A stretch of 64,000 nt of DNA, from positions 32,001 through 96,000 of the IMG/VR virus record IMGVR_UViG_3300030098_005028. One strand, 5' to 3'. Of this stretch, positions 39,315 to 49,430 are shown in pieces. The notes beneath the pieces are model-generated. The model did no database searches. It had not been told where the DNA came from and was given only the letters and a program-made list of their open reading frames with translations. A program made the position numbers and the translations under genes. The stretch's first letter is position 1, and every line of letters starts with the position of its first letter. This DNA is from a virus.

Positions 39315-39654
39315 TAAGATCTTGCCACTGAGGGTATTCAAATTCGTTTACTCTAAATCTGACTTTTTGTGTTTTGTGTCCATCGTCATCAGTATAAGTA
39401 TCTACTTTTGCAGAACTATGGACAGCAATCCAGTCTCCAACATCAAAGCTGTCAAAGATTCTTTGGCCACCAGAATCCCAAGCCTCAAAGTCTAAATAAC
39501 TTTTGCGTGTGCCTGCTTCTCCGTTTTTCTTTTCAAATTTTCTCCCAACTTCGAGAGTAAAATTAATTACTGGAACACTTCTTCCGTCTTTTCTTTCAAC
39601 AACTTTGCGAAGTATTGGCCTAGCAATTTTTCCAACAAAATGACATTTGTTCAT
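39307..39654 (-). CDS. ssb: Single-stranded DNA-binding protein (OB fold, no long acidic tail)
   Basis: 'MNKC.FVG.I', 'NFTL.V.R', 'DFEAW', 'GD.I.V'. Confidence 0.85.
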   Translation of the reverse strand: MNKCHFVGKIARPILRKVVERKDGRSVPVINFTLEVGRKFEKKNGEAGTRKSYLDFEAWDSGGQRIFDSFDVGDWIAVHSSAKVDTYTDDDGHKTQKVRFRVNEFEYPQWQDLNE

Positions 39655-39691
39655 GAATACACCCTTACCTAAAATAAAACTAAATACTCAA

Positions 39692-39700
39692 ATTATAACA
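39692..39700 (-). promoter_or_regulatory. Extended -10 sigma70-type promoter (TGTTATAAT) upstream of ssb and the glycan island
   Basis: Exact TGnTATAAT in the short dnaE-C/ssb intergenic gap; no good -35. Confidence 0.55.
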
Positions 39701-39716
39701 AGACATAAAGAATGTC

Positions 39717-41303
39717 CTAGATTTGCGTAACCTCTTTTACAACAAGGCCGTTTCTTTTCTTGTCTCTCTCGCCTTGAATTAAAACCGTATTTCCTTCTTG
39801 CAGTAGGCCTTGATATTCAGACCATTCTTCAGGAAAGCATACTACACTGTCAACAACGCATGAACCATCAGAAATAGACATAAATGCCATCTTAGATCCG
39901 GGATTCTTGCCGTTTTTTGTGGTTATCTCATTTGATCTAACAATTTCTACGCCCATAACAATGTAACCAGACTTGCCATCCAAAAATTCTTTGCAGGTAG
40001 TATTAGACTCTACAGATTTTTCGCAAGCATCAACCTTGTTGCAAGTAATAGATATTCCGAGATGCTTCTTTTCATTCCAAGCAATCTGTCCTGCGCTATC
40101 ATCAAGACTATGTGGAGGATTGTCTAAAACTTTAATCAAGTCATTCAGAACATCTACACGCTTGTAATTGCTACATCCCCCACCCTGCTTCTTTGGAAAG
40201 GCACATGCACCAAGAGCATCTTTCAGAGTGTCCCATTTTTCTCCCTGCATCCATTCTCTTTCCTTGTCCGTCAACTTACCCCAAATCTCAATCTCATAAA
40301 GCATTCTGTTTCTTGACACACCAAAACAATCCATAGCACCAGAGCAAATCATTGCCTGATTTGCCATAGAGTTTATTTTTTTTGAGTGATGAATTAAGAA
40401 TGTTATCCAATCCAAATTTTCTAAGTTATCTACAGATGAGAAATTTTCTATTATCTTTTCAACGGCTGATTCGCCTACGCCTTTTATGTCAGATAAACCA
40501 AAATATATATGGTTGTCTTTTATGTAAAATGTTTTCTTCTGATGTTTGATGTTAGGTGTTCTAACTTCTATTTCGCTTATTTTTGCATCAGATACAAGTT
40601 CATATATTTCTTCATGACTATTTTGCTTCCAAGCAGAACCTATAAGGTATGAACAAAAGAATTCGACAGGAAAATGTGCTTTGCAGTATGCAGACCAATA
40701 GGCATTTTTTGCATAACTAACAGCATGAGACTTGTTGAAAGAATATCTTTGAGATTCTCTAATCCAGCCGAATATTTCCTTTGCTTCTTCTTTAGATACT
40801 AATCCTTTGCTATCGCATCCCTTTAGAAATTGCCCTTCTACTTTGGACATAACATCGGCTTTTTTCTTTCCAATCGCTTTCCTTAAAACATCTGCCTCTT
40901 GAAGGCTGAACCCTGCTAAAGATTGTGCTATCTGCATGGCCTGTTCTTGATATACCAAAACGCCATAGGTTTTATTCAATATTGGTTCTAACGACTCATG
41001 AAAATACTCTATGCTCTCAAGACCAGCTTTACGATCAACATAACGCTGAGTCATGCTTTTAGGTGGATTTCCACTTACTGCCCTGAGACATCCCGGTCTA
41101 ATAAGGCTTACGAGTGCCGCTAAATCTTCAATGCTGTTTGGCTTTAACCTTTTTGACCATTCTTTTCCAAGCTGGCTTTCTAGCTGAAAGACACCTTTTG
41201 TTGCGCCTTCATGAAAAAGCTTCCAAGTAGCAGGGCATTCCAAATTTATCTTATAGAAGTCAATAGTGCCTTCTAAAACACAACCGCAATCAAAATTAAT
41301 CAT
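39717..41303 (-). CDS. dnaE: DNA polymerase III alpha, C-terminal half (fingers, HhH, OB)
   Basis: 'GVFQLES', 'RPG', 'TYGVLVYQEQ', 'YSFNKSHA', 'FGLSDIKGVG', 'MAF..I.D'; probable start 41303. Confidence 0.93.
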   Translation of the reverse strand: MINFDCGCVLEGTIDFYKINLECPATWKLFHEGATKGVFQLESQLGKEWSKRLKPNSIEDLAALVSLIRPGCLRAVSGNPPKSMTQRYVDRKAGLESIEYFHESLEPILNKTYGVLVYQEQAMQIAQSLAGFSLQEADVLRKAIGKKKADVMSKVEGQFLKGCDSKGLVSKEEAKEIFGWIRESQRYSFNKSHAVSYAKNAYWSAYCKAHFPVEFFCSYLIGSAWKQNSHEEIYELVSDAKISEIEVRTPNIKHQKKTFYIKDNHIYFGLSDIKGVGESAVEKIIENFSSVDNLENLDWITFLIHHSKKINSMANQAMICSGAMDCFGVSRNRMLYEIEIWGKLTDKEREWMQGEKWDTLKDALGACAFPKKQGGGCSNYKRVDVLNDLIKVLDNPPHSLDDSAGQIAWNEKKHLGISITCNKVDACEKSVESNTTCKEFLDGKSGYIVMGVEIVRSNEITTKNGKNPGSKMAFMSISDGSCVVDSVVCFPEEWSEYQGLLQEGNTVLIQGERDKKRNGLVVKEVTQI

Positions 41304-41973
41304 CTGAAAAAGAGCCTTCCATTTTAAGACGAGCTTCTTTTCCATCACTACCAGTCAAGTTTCTCTGCATTTGAAGAAGCCTGATGATTATTCTTGCTGT
41401 ATTCATTACGTCTTGTAATGCGTCATGTGCATTCTCAATATCTGCTTTTGCAAATCCCAGCCACTCACAAACTGAAGTTAACTTCAATGATTTAAGATTC
41501 GGATTGTTTTCAGTCCAAAACCACATATGGTGCATAAGATCAAATTTGTGTATAGGATTAAATAATTTTTGTTGTCCTCTGTTATCATTATACGGGCCGT
41601 ATTTTTTGCAGTATCTATCTACAATTATCATGTCGTATCCAAGAATATTATATCCAGCAGGAATAGGTGCCATATAAGTACCTATATTTCCTTTAGATTT
41701 GTTATGCTTGTTTACCCAGTCTACAAATTGGCCCCATACAATTTTTATATCTGGCGCTTGCTCAAGCTGTTCTAATGTAAAGCCCGTAACCTCCAATGCT
41801 CCTTGTTCTACCCTATCTAAATTTTCTGGTCTCGCCATAGATTCAAATGTGTCTATTATTTTCAGATCCCACCTATTGATAATGCAAGCTCCGATTTGTG
41901 TTATTTCACATTCGTTAGGGTTTGCGCCTCCCGTTTCAAAGTCAAAGACGCAAATTTGGTTATAGGTTCCCAT
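41296..41973 (-). CDS. DEDDh 3'-5' exonuclease (DnaQ/epsilon-like)
   Basis: 'FDFETGG', 'GYNI..YD', 'AHDAL.D'. Confidence 0.92.
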   Translation of the reverse strand: MGTYNQICVFDFETGGANPNECEITQIGACIINRWDLKIIDTFESMARPENLDRVEQGALEVTGFTLEQLEQAPDIKIVWGQFVDWVNKHNKSKGNIGTYMAPIPAGYNILGYDMIIVDRYCKKYGPYNDNRGQQKLFNPIHKFDLMHHMWFWTENNPNLKSLKLTSVCEWLGFAKADIENAHDALQDVMNTARIIIRLLQMQRNLTGSDGKEARLKMEGSFSDD

Positions 41974-43915
41974 TATATTTCTCCAATATCATATTTTGAA
42001 CGCCATGAACCTTATCTAGTAAAGCAATACCAAGTATGTCAAACTTTACATGACCCATAGCCTCTAAGTCGTTCATTTCCATTCCGGCAATATTTTGTCC
42101 TGTTCTCTTATCGTATAAGATGGGACATATCTCATTTAATGGCTCTTGTGCTATTACAATTCCGGCTGCATGTTTAGACTGAGATCTATTTGTGCCTTCA
42201 AGCCTAATTGCTTGCTCGAATCTTTTTGCCATACTTCCTTGCAATTTTCCGTTTGCATCTTTATAACACCAATTCTCAAGTTCTTTAGAATTATTTTCTA
42301 ATGCCCATCTTATGATACTAGCCTCTCCATCTTCTCTCATCTCTTCTAGCTGATCTGATATTTCTGCTTCATCTGGAATCCATTTGGTTATTCGATTCAT
42401 TTCTTCAAAACCACATGCTGAGTGAACACGAAGAACATCTTTAAGAACACTTCTGCCTTGCATTCTTGTGTAAGTTAATATTTGAGCTACTCTGTCAGAG
42501 CCAAATCTATCTTTGATGTATTGTATTGTGTCGTCTCTTTTTTGAATTTCAAAATCCATGTCAACATCAGGCAAACTAACACGGTCTTTTGTATTTCTTC
42601 CGGCGTTATAGAACCTCTCAAAATAGAGATCGTACTCTATTGGATCTACATCAGTAACTCCTAGTAGATAAAGAACAAGACTACCAGCAGCAGATCCTCT
42701 TCCTGCACCAACTATTTCTCCTCTGTCTCTTGCTGCATTAATGATGTCATGAACAATAAGAAAATAGTCATTTAAATCAGCACCTGTAAGAACTTCTAAT
42801 TCTTTCTTAAACCTATCGCCATATTGTTTTTTTCTTTTCTTGTACTGTTCTTCAGTGATATATCCGCATCGCTTTATAGAATCTTCGATCTGTTCTTCTC
42901 TTTTCTTCCATCCATCACGACACAGCTTTGTAAGATAATCTTCCGATGTCATACCATCGGGACAAGGGAATTTGGGCAACCTTGGTTTTCCAGTGATATC
43001 ATATTCTTCACACATGTCAGCTATGACGCACGTGTTGTTTATCTCCTCGTCAGTGTGTATCTCTTTCATTTCTTCAAGGCTAGGTATGTGGTAGTTAGAT
43101 GACTTAAAAAATATTGATAATGCAAAGTCCTTGTCTCCCCTCATCTTATTATCTACATCTTGAAGCGTTGTCTCTAACTTATTGCATAAAAGAACACGTT
43201 GGTCATATGCGTCTTCACGTCTAGCATAATGTGCGTCTGGAGTTGCCACAGGAGGTATTCCAGTTTTTTTGCTAACGTACCTCAACGCCTCTGCTACTAC
43301 TTTAGCTGCTGGAAAAGAATTTTGATCAATAAGCTGAATCTCAATAAAAAAGTTTTCTTCTCCAAAAATGTTTTGATATTTGGTTGCAAGACTGCAAGAC
43401 AACTCATACCAGTTGTCTCTGACTAAAGACTTTGCTTCTTCGTATGTTGAGCAATTGTAAGCTTGATATGGGTCAGAGAAGATGATGTTGGCTAAGTCAC
43501 TTCCTGCGTGTCCACTAAAGGCTATAAGATTGCCATCAGCAAAATTAGACAATCTTTCTAAATCAAGTCTGGGTTTATAATGAAAATTTTCTGGCTTATT
43601 GGACTCAGAAGTTGCCTGTAGTAATCTTTTCCATCCTATTTCATTTTTAGCCAAAACAACTAGATGGGTAAGTTTTTCTCTAGGTGGCTTTTCAGATATG
43701 TCTTTAGATAGATAAAATTCGCAACCAAGTATGGCTTTCTTTCCTTTTGACTTCATTGCATTGATGAAAGATACGGCACCTCCAACATTTCCATGATCTG
43801 TTAGTGCAGAACCTTCAAGACCAAGTTCTTCACACCTTTTTGCAATGTCTTTTGGCTTACTAAGTCCATCTAAAAGCGAATAATGACTATGTACATGAAG
43901 AGGAAAAAACCTCAT
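41960..43915 (-). CDS. dnaE: DNA polymerase III alpha, N-terminal half (PHP + palm)
   Basis: 'LHVHSHYSLLDG', 'ALTDHG', 'DAHY', 'GRGSAAGSLV', 'FERF', 'PDVDMDF', 'HAAG', 'KFD.LG'. Confidence 0.95.
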   Translation of the reverse strand: MRFFPLHVHSHYSLLDGLSKPKDIAKRCEELGLEGSALTDHGNVGGAVSFINAMKSKGKKAILGCEFYLSKDISEKPPREKLTHLVVLAKNEIGWKRLLQATSESNKPENFHYKPRLDLERLSNFADGNLIAFSGHAGSDLANIIFSDPYQAYNCSTYEEAKSLVRDNWYELSCSLATKYQNIFGEENFFIEIQLIDQNSFPAAKVVAEALRYVSKKTGIPPVATPDAHYARREDAYDQRVLLCNKLETTLQDVDNKMRGDKDFALSIFFKSSNYHIPSLEEMKEIHTDEEINNTCVIADMCEEYDITGKPRLPKFPCPDGMTSEDYLTKLCRDGWKKREEQIEDSIKRCGYITEEQYKKRKKQYGDRFKKELEVLTGADLNDYFLIVHDIINAARDRGEIVGAGRGSAAGSLVLYLLGVTDVDPIEYDLYFERFYNAGRNTKDRVSLPDVDMDFEIQKRDDTIQYIKDRFGSDRVAQILTYTRMQGRSVLKDVLRVHSACGFEEMNRITKWIPDEAEISDQLEEMREDGEASIIRWALENNSKELENWCYKDANGKLQGSMAKRFEQAIRLEGTNRSQSKHAAGIVIAQEPLNEICPILYDKRTGQNIAGMEMNDLEAMGHVKFDILGIALLDKVHGVQNMILEKYNGNL

Positions 43916-44136
43916 ACCAACCTCTTAATTTCTTCAATAATTTTGTCAATTTGTCTTTGTCTTTTATAGTTCCCGAATAGACCTTTGTCTTCTTCGGTAT
44001 CAACAAGTCTTCTCAATATCAATCTTAAATTTTTAAGATCATAGCACATTTTAAAAATAGCAGTACCCATTATGGGCTTACCTTCTCTGCTTAATTCTAA
44101 AATTTGGTCTAGTTGCTCATCGCTTAATAACTTCAT
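43912..44136 (-). CDS. Hypothetical protein
   Basis: 74 aa, coupled to both neighbours. Confidence 0.6.
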   Translation of the reverse strand: MKLLSDEQLDQILELSREGKPIMGTAIFKMCYDLKNLRLILRRLVDTEEDKGLFGNYKRQRQIDKIIEEIKRLV

Positions 44137-45158
44137 TAGCCCGGAGCCTCATAATAATCAAAATGATGATTTGGATTGATGTCTTCTACCAAAGAGGCAT
44201 TCATTCCCTTTTTTCTAATTTTGTTTGCAACATATGAACATATTGTGTGTGGATTACCAGTCTTTGGGTTTATCTCCCCACTAGGATGTTCGTTTTTGCC
44301 GAAATGACAAATTCTAGTACATTTCCAAGATTTCTTTAATGATGGAACTTTCGTTCTTTTTATTTCTTGGAACCTTTTCTTTATCATTTTTTTTGTGTCT
44401 TCCATATCATCTTTTGTGAAAGAAAGAGTATATGGGCCACCATCTTTTATAAAAAATATAGTCATTATAAACTGTTCTATATCAGGATATATTTTTGACA
44501 GAGCGTAATGATAAATTCTTAGCTGTGGGTCAGTTGTAAGCTTCTTATAAGTCTTCTCTTTGCCAGTCGCCCAGTCTAGTCTCCTTCCTGTTTTCCAATC
44601 TATTACTTCATAAATCCCCGGTCTTACTTCAGTAATTAAGTCAATTGTCCCTTTCATAGATAATTTACCAGAAAGAGCCTCACCACTCGGCAGTTCATAT
44701 TCATAGTTAGACCAATCTTCATCTATTTCAAAATTAAACGCTCCTTCAGGTTCAACTATATTTCTTTTTCGTGGATCAAATGCTCCATTGCAATATTCAA
44801 TAGCGTCCCAACTCCATTTTCTACATTCTTTAAAATGTCTAGGTTGCCAATGATGAAGTGAAGACTTAGTGTAATGATCTATGCTTCTTTCAATAAGCTC
44901 TTTGATATATTCATCTGTATACATATATTCATAATCAACCGTCATCTCTCCGAAAGCGTCATCAACGAAAGTATTTGTTTGGTCTTGATGGCATTTTTTT
45001 GCCGCCGCAAGACATTCCATCACTTTGTGGACTATTGTTCCTTGTTCTGCCTTCTGACCTGAAGGTGAAGAGTGACCAAGGACATAGGTTAAGTAGTAGG
45101 CATGTGGACACATGCTGTATTGATTGTATGAGCTTGATCTGAAATATGTGATTATCAT
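44136..45158 (-). CDS. Cas4/RecB-like PD-(D/E)XK exonuclease
   Basis: N-terminal 'CP', 'G..VH', 'G.IDL', 'IDWKTG', 'QL..Y', C-terminal Cys cluster. Confidence 0.85.
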   Translation of the reverse strand: MIITYFRSSSYNQYSMCPHAYYLTYVLGHSSPSGQKAEQGTIVHKVMECLAAAKKCHQDQTNTFVDDAFGEMTVDYEYMYTDEYIKELIERSIDHYTKSSLHHWQPRHFKECRKWSWDAIEYCNGAFDPRKRNIVEPEGAFNFEIDEDWSNYEYELPSGEALSGKLSMKGTIDLITEVRPGIYEVIDWKTGRRLDWATGKEKTYKKLTTDPQLRIYHYALSKIYPDIEQFIMTIFFIKDGGPYTLSFTKDDMEDTKKMIKKRFQEIKRTKVPSLKKSWKCTRICHFGKNEHPSGEINPKTGNPHTICSYVANKIRKKGMNASLVEDINPNHHFDYYEAPG

Positions 45159-46022
45159 TTATTTTCTTGCCCTTGCAACATATCCATCTTGTGCAGTAGG
45201 AGCAGGAACTTTCATTGGCTTTGGTATATCGACGTTATTTACAATAAAATCTTTTTCTACCCACCCCCATTCAGCGAGTGCGTCATAAACTATCTTATTC
45301 GTCTCTTTGACAGCTAAATTTTCATTGTTTATTACCAAATCAAAGTTATTCCAATCGTAGTTTTCTTTTTCTAAAGCAAGCTCACTCTCATGTTTGTCTT
45401 CAGGACTTTTCACTCTTGTCAGCCTTATTACTTTACCTCCATTTTTCTGTATTGCCTCTACTTCATTAGGAAATCTAACATCAGTAAATATTGCAAGTTG
45501 AGACCCATGAGATAATGCCATTTTTATTCCACAGTCAGCCCAAACGTCAGGGTAAATTCTTCTAAAGAAGTCTGTCCCTACATATTGCATGACCTCCCTA
45601 GCCGTCATCTTCTTGCTTTTGAGATTTGTATTGGGCGTAGGAAGGTCGCGCCAATAAATATGAGTCTCTGTGTTCTTTTCTTCATCAGTTCCGTAGCATT
45701 GTTCATGCGTTAGGCCAAGTATGTCAATGCATACATTTCGTTTCAAAACATCTGCAAATGAGTAGTCTTTTATAAATGGCCACAACTGATCAATAGCCCA
45801 TCCTACAAATTCATCATCTGTTCTTGTAACATCGAACTCTCCCCATACTATCTTCTCTTCGCCTTTCTCGACGATAAGAGAAGGAACAACAAGATTTCCA
45901 TTATCTCCCATTTGGAATTTTTCAATCATTTTAAGAGAGATCATTTCCATTCCATAGAGAAAGTTACAGGTGGTATTTTTGCCGCTCTGCTTCCTGCCAG
46001 ATATCCCAAGTATTTTTGTCAT
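45159..46022 (-). CDS. Deoxynucleoside monophosphate kinase
   Basis: 'GISGRKQSGK', 'SFAD.LK', 'R..MQ..GT', 'DVRFPNE', 'H.SE'. Confidence 0.88.
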   Translation of the reverse strand: MTKILGISGRKQSGKNTTCNFLYGMEMISLKMIEKFQMGDNGNLVVPSLIVEKGEEKIVWGEFDVTRTDDEFVGWAIDQLWPFIKDYSFADVLKRNVCIDILGLTHEQCYGTDEEKNTETHIYWRDLPTPNTNLKSKKMTAREVMQYVGTDFFRRIYPDVWADCGIKMALSHGSQLAIFTDVRFPNEVEAIQKNGGKVIRLTRVKSPEDKHESELALEKENYDWNNFDLVINNENLAVKETNKIVYDALAEWGWVEKDFIVNNVDIPKPMKVPAPTAQDGYVARARK

Positions 46023-47080
46023 ATTACACTCACAGCCTTGTTTAATATTGGTTCAATATCTTTTGTAATGTCATCAGTATTCATGTCGCCAACGTCTGTC
46101 TTGATCTTAGGAAAGTATAATCTAAATATACGCCCGCACTTTTCTTTAATTTTTTGAGCAGACAAAATTCCCGCCTTATCGTTATCGGTCATTACGATTA
46201 TGTTCAATGCTCCAGATCTCTCCAGTATTACCATCTGCTCTTCAGATAATTCAGTTCCGAACATTGCTACAGAATTATGTATACCGTTTTCCTCTAACTT
46301 CCACACATCTCCCGGCCCTTCGACCAAAATCACTTGCTTGCTTTTGTAAATATCTTCTTTCGCAAACCAAAAATTATATAAGCAATGATTTGCTCTAAAC
46401 CCAGAGGTGTGAATCCATTTGTTCTTAGGATCTTGCCAAGTTGCTCTGCCGGTTAAACCTATTGCGTGCGTATATTCATCATTATAAATTGGAACAACAG
46501 CCCTGCCTTTGAATCTTCCATTACTACTAAGTCCAACATCATACTTGTCTAGTATGGATTTACTGTATCCCCTGTCTATATAGTAGTTGCATGGTATTTT
46601 CAATCTTTGTCTTATTAATGATCTAGGGAATATGCCTTCTTGCTTCTGAGGTTCTCGATCTAAATATGCATCTACAGACCAATCCTTTTTAATTACGACA
46701 ATACTATCATCATTTTTTATCTGTTCAATTGGTATTCCTAGAAACTCTGTTGCCCAGTCTACTGTTTTGAACCAATTTTTGCCAAATTGTTTAACTCCCC
46801 TAATCAAACCTAACAAGTTATCTTTGCATTCTTTTTCACAATGCTGCGATCTACAAATCCAATTGCCTTTTAGTCCATTCTCAAGCTCTTCTATATACAA
46901 GTTCCATGCGGTACTATTGTCTCCTTCGTGAACAGGGCAATTTCCAACAATCATCTTGCCTGAGTATCTAAATTCTATATTCAATGCTAACAGCATATCG
47001 TTCAAATTTTGAAACAAAAGCTCCTGTATTTTTCTTAATACCTCTTGATCAAAATATAAGTCTTTATTTTGTTTCTTCAT
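46019..47080 (-). CDS. dnaG: DNA primase (zinc finger + TOPRIM)
   Basis: 'CPVH...C...C', 'R...PI', 'VEG..D', 'D.D.AG', 'D'; ORF track start 47116. Confidence 0.88.
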   Translation of the reverse strand: MKKQNKDLYFDQEVLRKIQELLFQNLNDMLLALNIEFRYSGKMIVGNCPVHEGDNSTAWNLYIEELENGLKGNWICRSQHCEKECKDNLLGLIRGVKQFGKNWFKTVDWATEFLGIPIEQIKNDDSIVVIKKDWSVDAYLDREPQKQEGIFPRSLIRQRLKIPCNYYIDRGYSKSILDKYDVGLSSNGRFKGRAVVPIYNDEYTHAIGLTGRATWQDPKNKWIHTSGFRANHCLYNFWFAKEDIYKSKQVILVEGPGDVWKLEENGIHNSVAMFGTELSEEQMVILERSGALNIIVMTDNDKAGILSAQKIKEKCGRIFRLYFPKIKTDVGDMNTDDITKDIEPILNKAVSVI

Positions 47081-48554
47081 TAGACGGTTTTCCCATAGAT
47101 ACTTGCTCATCCCCATCGACGCTCATCTTCGGAGGATTAGATCTAGCAGACTGTGTACTCTGTCTAAGATTATCTCTAGTATCTTTCTCAATTACTCTTG
47201 CAAACTTACCAACCATATACATATTAATGTAGTTACCTCCTGATAACCCTCCTCCATGTCGAGCTTTAATTACTACAAGCTTTCTGTTCCCATTTTCTTC
47301 TCCGTCATCTTGAACAATTTCTTCTTCTGTTTTTGGTTTAAATATTGTTAGATTAGACGTAAGCCATACAACACGATCAGAACCAGAGACAGCGGCAGTG
47401 CTTTCCTTGTCAATTCCATCTCTATTCAATTGGATAAATGTTACGATAGGGAGATTATTCCTAACAGCAAAATTGTGGAAAGTAGTGGCCATGAATCCAA
47501 GTATCTGGTACTCCTGCATTGAGGAAGTAATTCCTTCTCCAGACATCATCTTTAAGTAGTCATAAATTATTAAGCAATCATTTGTATTTCCGTTCTCGTC
47601 ATAACCGACAACCTTATGAACCCATCGTCTCATGATGGATATAGTTTCTTCAAAAGGTCTTCCAGATATATTTAGGTAGTGTAAAGGTATTTCAAGAGTT
47701 TTTGCTGAATCTCTTACGGACTGTTTTTTCATTGTATTAGTAACATATGTACCAGTCTCAATCTCATTGATCGGCACACTAGCTTTATTTGCTAAAATTC
47801 TTACCCAATGGTCTTCAGTCGTCATTTCCGTATCCAGATACAATACTGGTATACCAAGCTTTTCAGCGACATGAACACCGATGTTGTCGGCAAGCATACT
47901 CTTCCCTATGCCAGTTCTAGCCCCAATCATATTGACAGATTTTCTTCTAAACCCTCCACCAATGGCAGAGTCATAATGAGTAAATCCACTACTAATACCT
48001 ACAGTGTCGGTTGGATTCTCTTCGATTGTATCTAAGAATGTATCAATTCCATCGTGTATCAGAGTCGGATCGTTTTGTCCATCATCAGAAACTAAGCTCG
48101 CAAAATCAAAAATCCTTTGCTCTGCCAAACCAATAATGTGGGCTATTGGTTCTTCTCCCTTTAGTTCGGATATTTCTTTTTGGCAATCGCTAAGTTGTTG
48201 ATTAAGAAGTCGTATAACATGTAGCTTCCTTATTTTCGCTGCCCATCCCCTAACATTCTCAAGATTAACCGGAGTATTTAGTGCTGCTCTAACGATTCTC
48301 CAATCATCTTTTGCAAAATGTTTATCGACATTTAACTCATTTGCTATAGCTAACAATGAAGGCTTATCAATGTTTGACATCTTCTTAACTTGAAAGCCGT
48401 GGAAAAAACACTTAAATAAACACTGGTGCGTTAAGTCAGTGAAAGTGTCTTCCTGTAAGAAATCTACTACATCTATATATGCGTCTTGTCCGTGTTGAAA
48501 AAGACCTGCTAAAACTACCCTTTCAGCCGATACATCTGTGTGTATTTCCATCAT
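47064..48554 (-). CDS. dnaB: Replicative DNA helicase
   Basis: 'GARTGIGKS', 'TEM', 'DYL', 'QLNR', 'KARHG'. Confidence 0.93.
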   Translation of the reverse strand: MMEIHTDVSAERVVLAGLFQHGQDAYIDVVDFLQEDTFTDLTHQCLFKCFFHGFQVKKMSNIDKPSLLAIANELNVDKHFAKDDWRIVRAALNTPVNLENVRGWAAKIRKLHVIRLLNQQLSDCQKEISELKGEEPIAHIIGLAEQRIFDFASLVSDDGQNDPTLIHDGIDTFLDTIEENPTDTVGISSGFTHYDSAIGGGFRRKSVNMIGARTGIGKSMLADNIGVHVAEKLGIPVLYLDTEMTTEDHWVRILANKASVPINEIETGTYVTNTMKKQSVRDSAKTLEIPLHYLNISGRPFEETISIMRRWVHKVVGYDENGNTNDCLIIYDYLKMMSGEGITSSMQEYQILGFMATTFHNFAVRNNLPIVTFIQLNRDGIDKESTAAVSGSDRVVWLTSNLTIFKPKTEEEIVQDDGEENGNRKLVVIKARHGGGLSGGNYINMYMVGKFARVIEKDTRDNLRQSTQSARSNPPKMSVDGDEQVSMGKPSNEETK

Positions 48555-48928
48555 TTATCCCTTCTTTCAAACACTCTCTTAGGCGTAGTGCCTAAGTGCG
48601 GATTATTTTTGACTGAATCCTCTTTAGCTATTGTCCCGTCATCTGTCCATCCCAATTCACGATTGCCTTCACTTGGTATTTGCATTGGCTCTCTTTTTGC
48701 GATTCTACCGACATCGCCTTTAATAGGCTCGTCTCTATCTCTCATCTTAAACTTTTCATATTTTTGTGGAGGAGTATCAACATCCTTAAAGCTAATTTCA
48801 CTATCGCTATCTTCGGAAACAATATTTTCGTCAGTCAGATTTTCACCAGTTAACATTTGGTGAGCCTGTGAGACTAAAGACCAGTCGTTCTCTTCGTAAG
48901 CTCGCTTCAAAATATCTGGAATAGACAT
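48551..48928 (-). CDS. Hypothetical protein
   Basis: 125 aa ORF packed in the operon. Confidence 0.6.
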   Translation of the reverse strand: MSIPDILKRAYEENDWSLVSQAHQMLTGENLTDENIVSEDSDSEISFKDVDTPPQKYEKFKMRDRDEPIKGDVGRIAKREPMQIPSEGNRELGWTDDGTIAKEDSVKNNPHLGTTPKRVFERRDK

Positions 48929-48929
48929 G

Positions 48930-49430
48930 TTAATTCCTTTTCGTTTGTTGAAGTTCTAAAAGTGTTTTGCACATGTAATTTATCCTTGCCGGTATATACT
49001 CCAGCCTATCTATTACTTGCTTTGCCTTATTTTTTATTTCAAGCAATTTCTTTGCGTAACCGTTGTCCTTTATTGCCATCATTTTCTTCTCAGCAAAAGG
49101 CGTATATTGCCCACCATAATTATTAACTTGTCCACAAATAATAGCATCAATATTGCTGTCAGCCCAACTAATACGCTGATTATTTCTATTAATCTGATGC
49201 TGAATATATAAAGTTTGTTGAGAAAGGATGAAAGCGTATTCACCACACTGCTCCGCACTAAGCTTTCTTAGCTGCTCAGATTTCATACTAAAGATATGTG
49301 TTGTCTCTTCAGTATTAGTTGTCGGTATAATTCCGAGTGATTTTTCAAAATCATCAAGAATTTTTTCTACTTCAGCAAGCCTGTTATCTACCTTTAACTC
49401 GCTGTTTCCATTCGTCGTCTGATTCGTCAT
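48930..49430 (-). CDS. Hypothetical helical protein (possibly UvsY-like mediator)
   Basis: All-helical pattern near recA; probable start 49430. Confidence 0.45.
   Translation of the reverse strand: MTNQTTNGNSELKVDNRLAEVEKILDDFEKSLGIIPTTNTEETTHIFSMKSEQLRKLSAEQCGEYAFILSQQTLYIQHQINRNNQRISWADSNIDAIICGQVNNYGGQYTPFAEKKMMAIKDNGYAKKLLEIKNKAKQVIDRLEYIPARINYMCKTLLELQQTKRN

Noticed and set aside
41250-41303. 'CVLEGT' at the DnaE-C N-terminus resembles an intein block A
   Set aside because: It runs straight into DnaE sequence; there is no HINT domain or terminal HN/C, and DnaE-N has no intein tail.
44136-45158. Cas4-like nuclease as evidence of CRISPR-Cas
   Set aside because: No repeats or other cas genes were seen; solo Cas4-like nucleases are common in phage replication modules.
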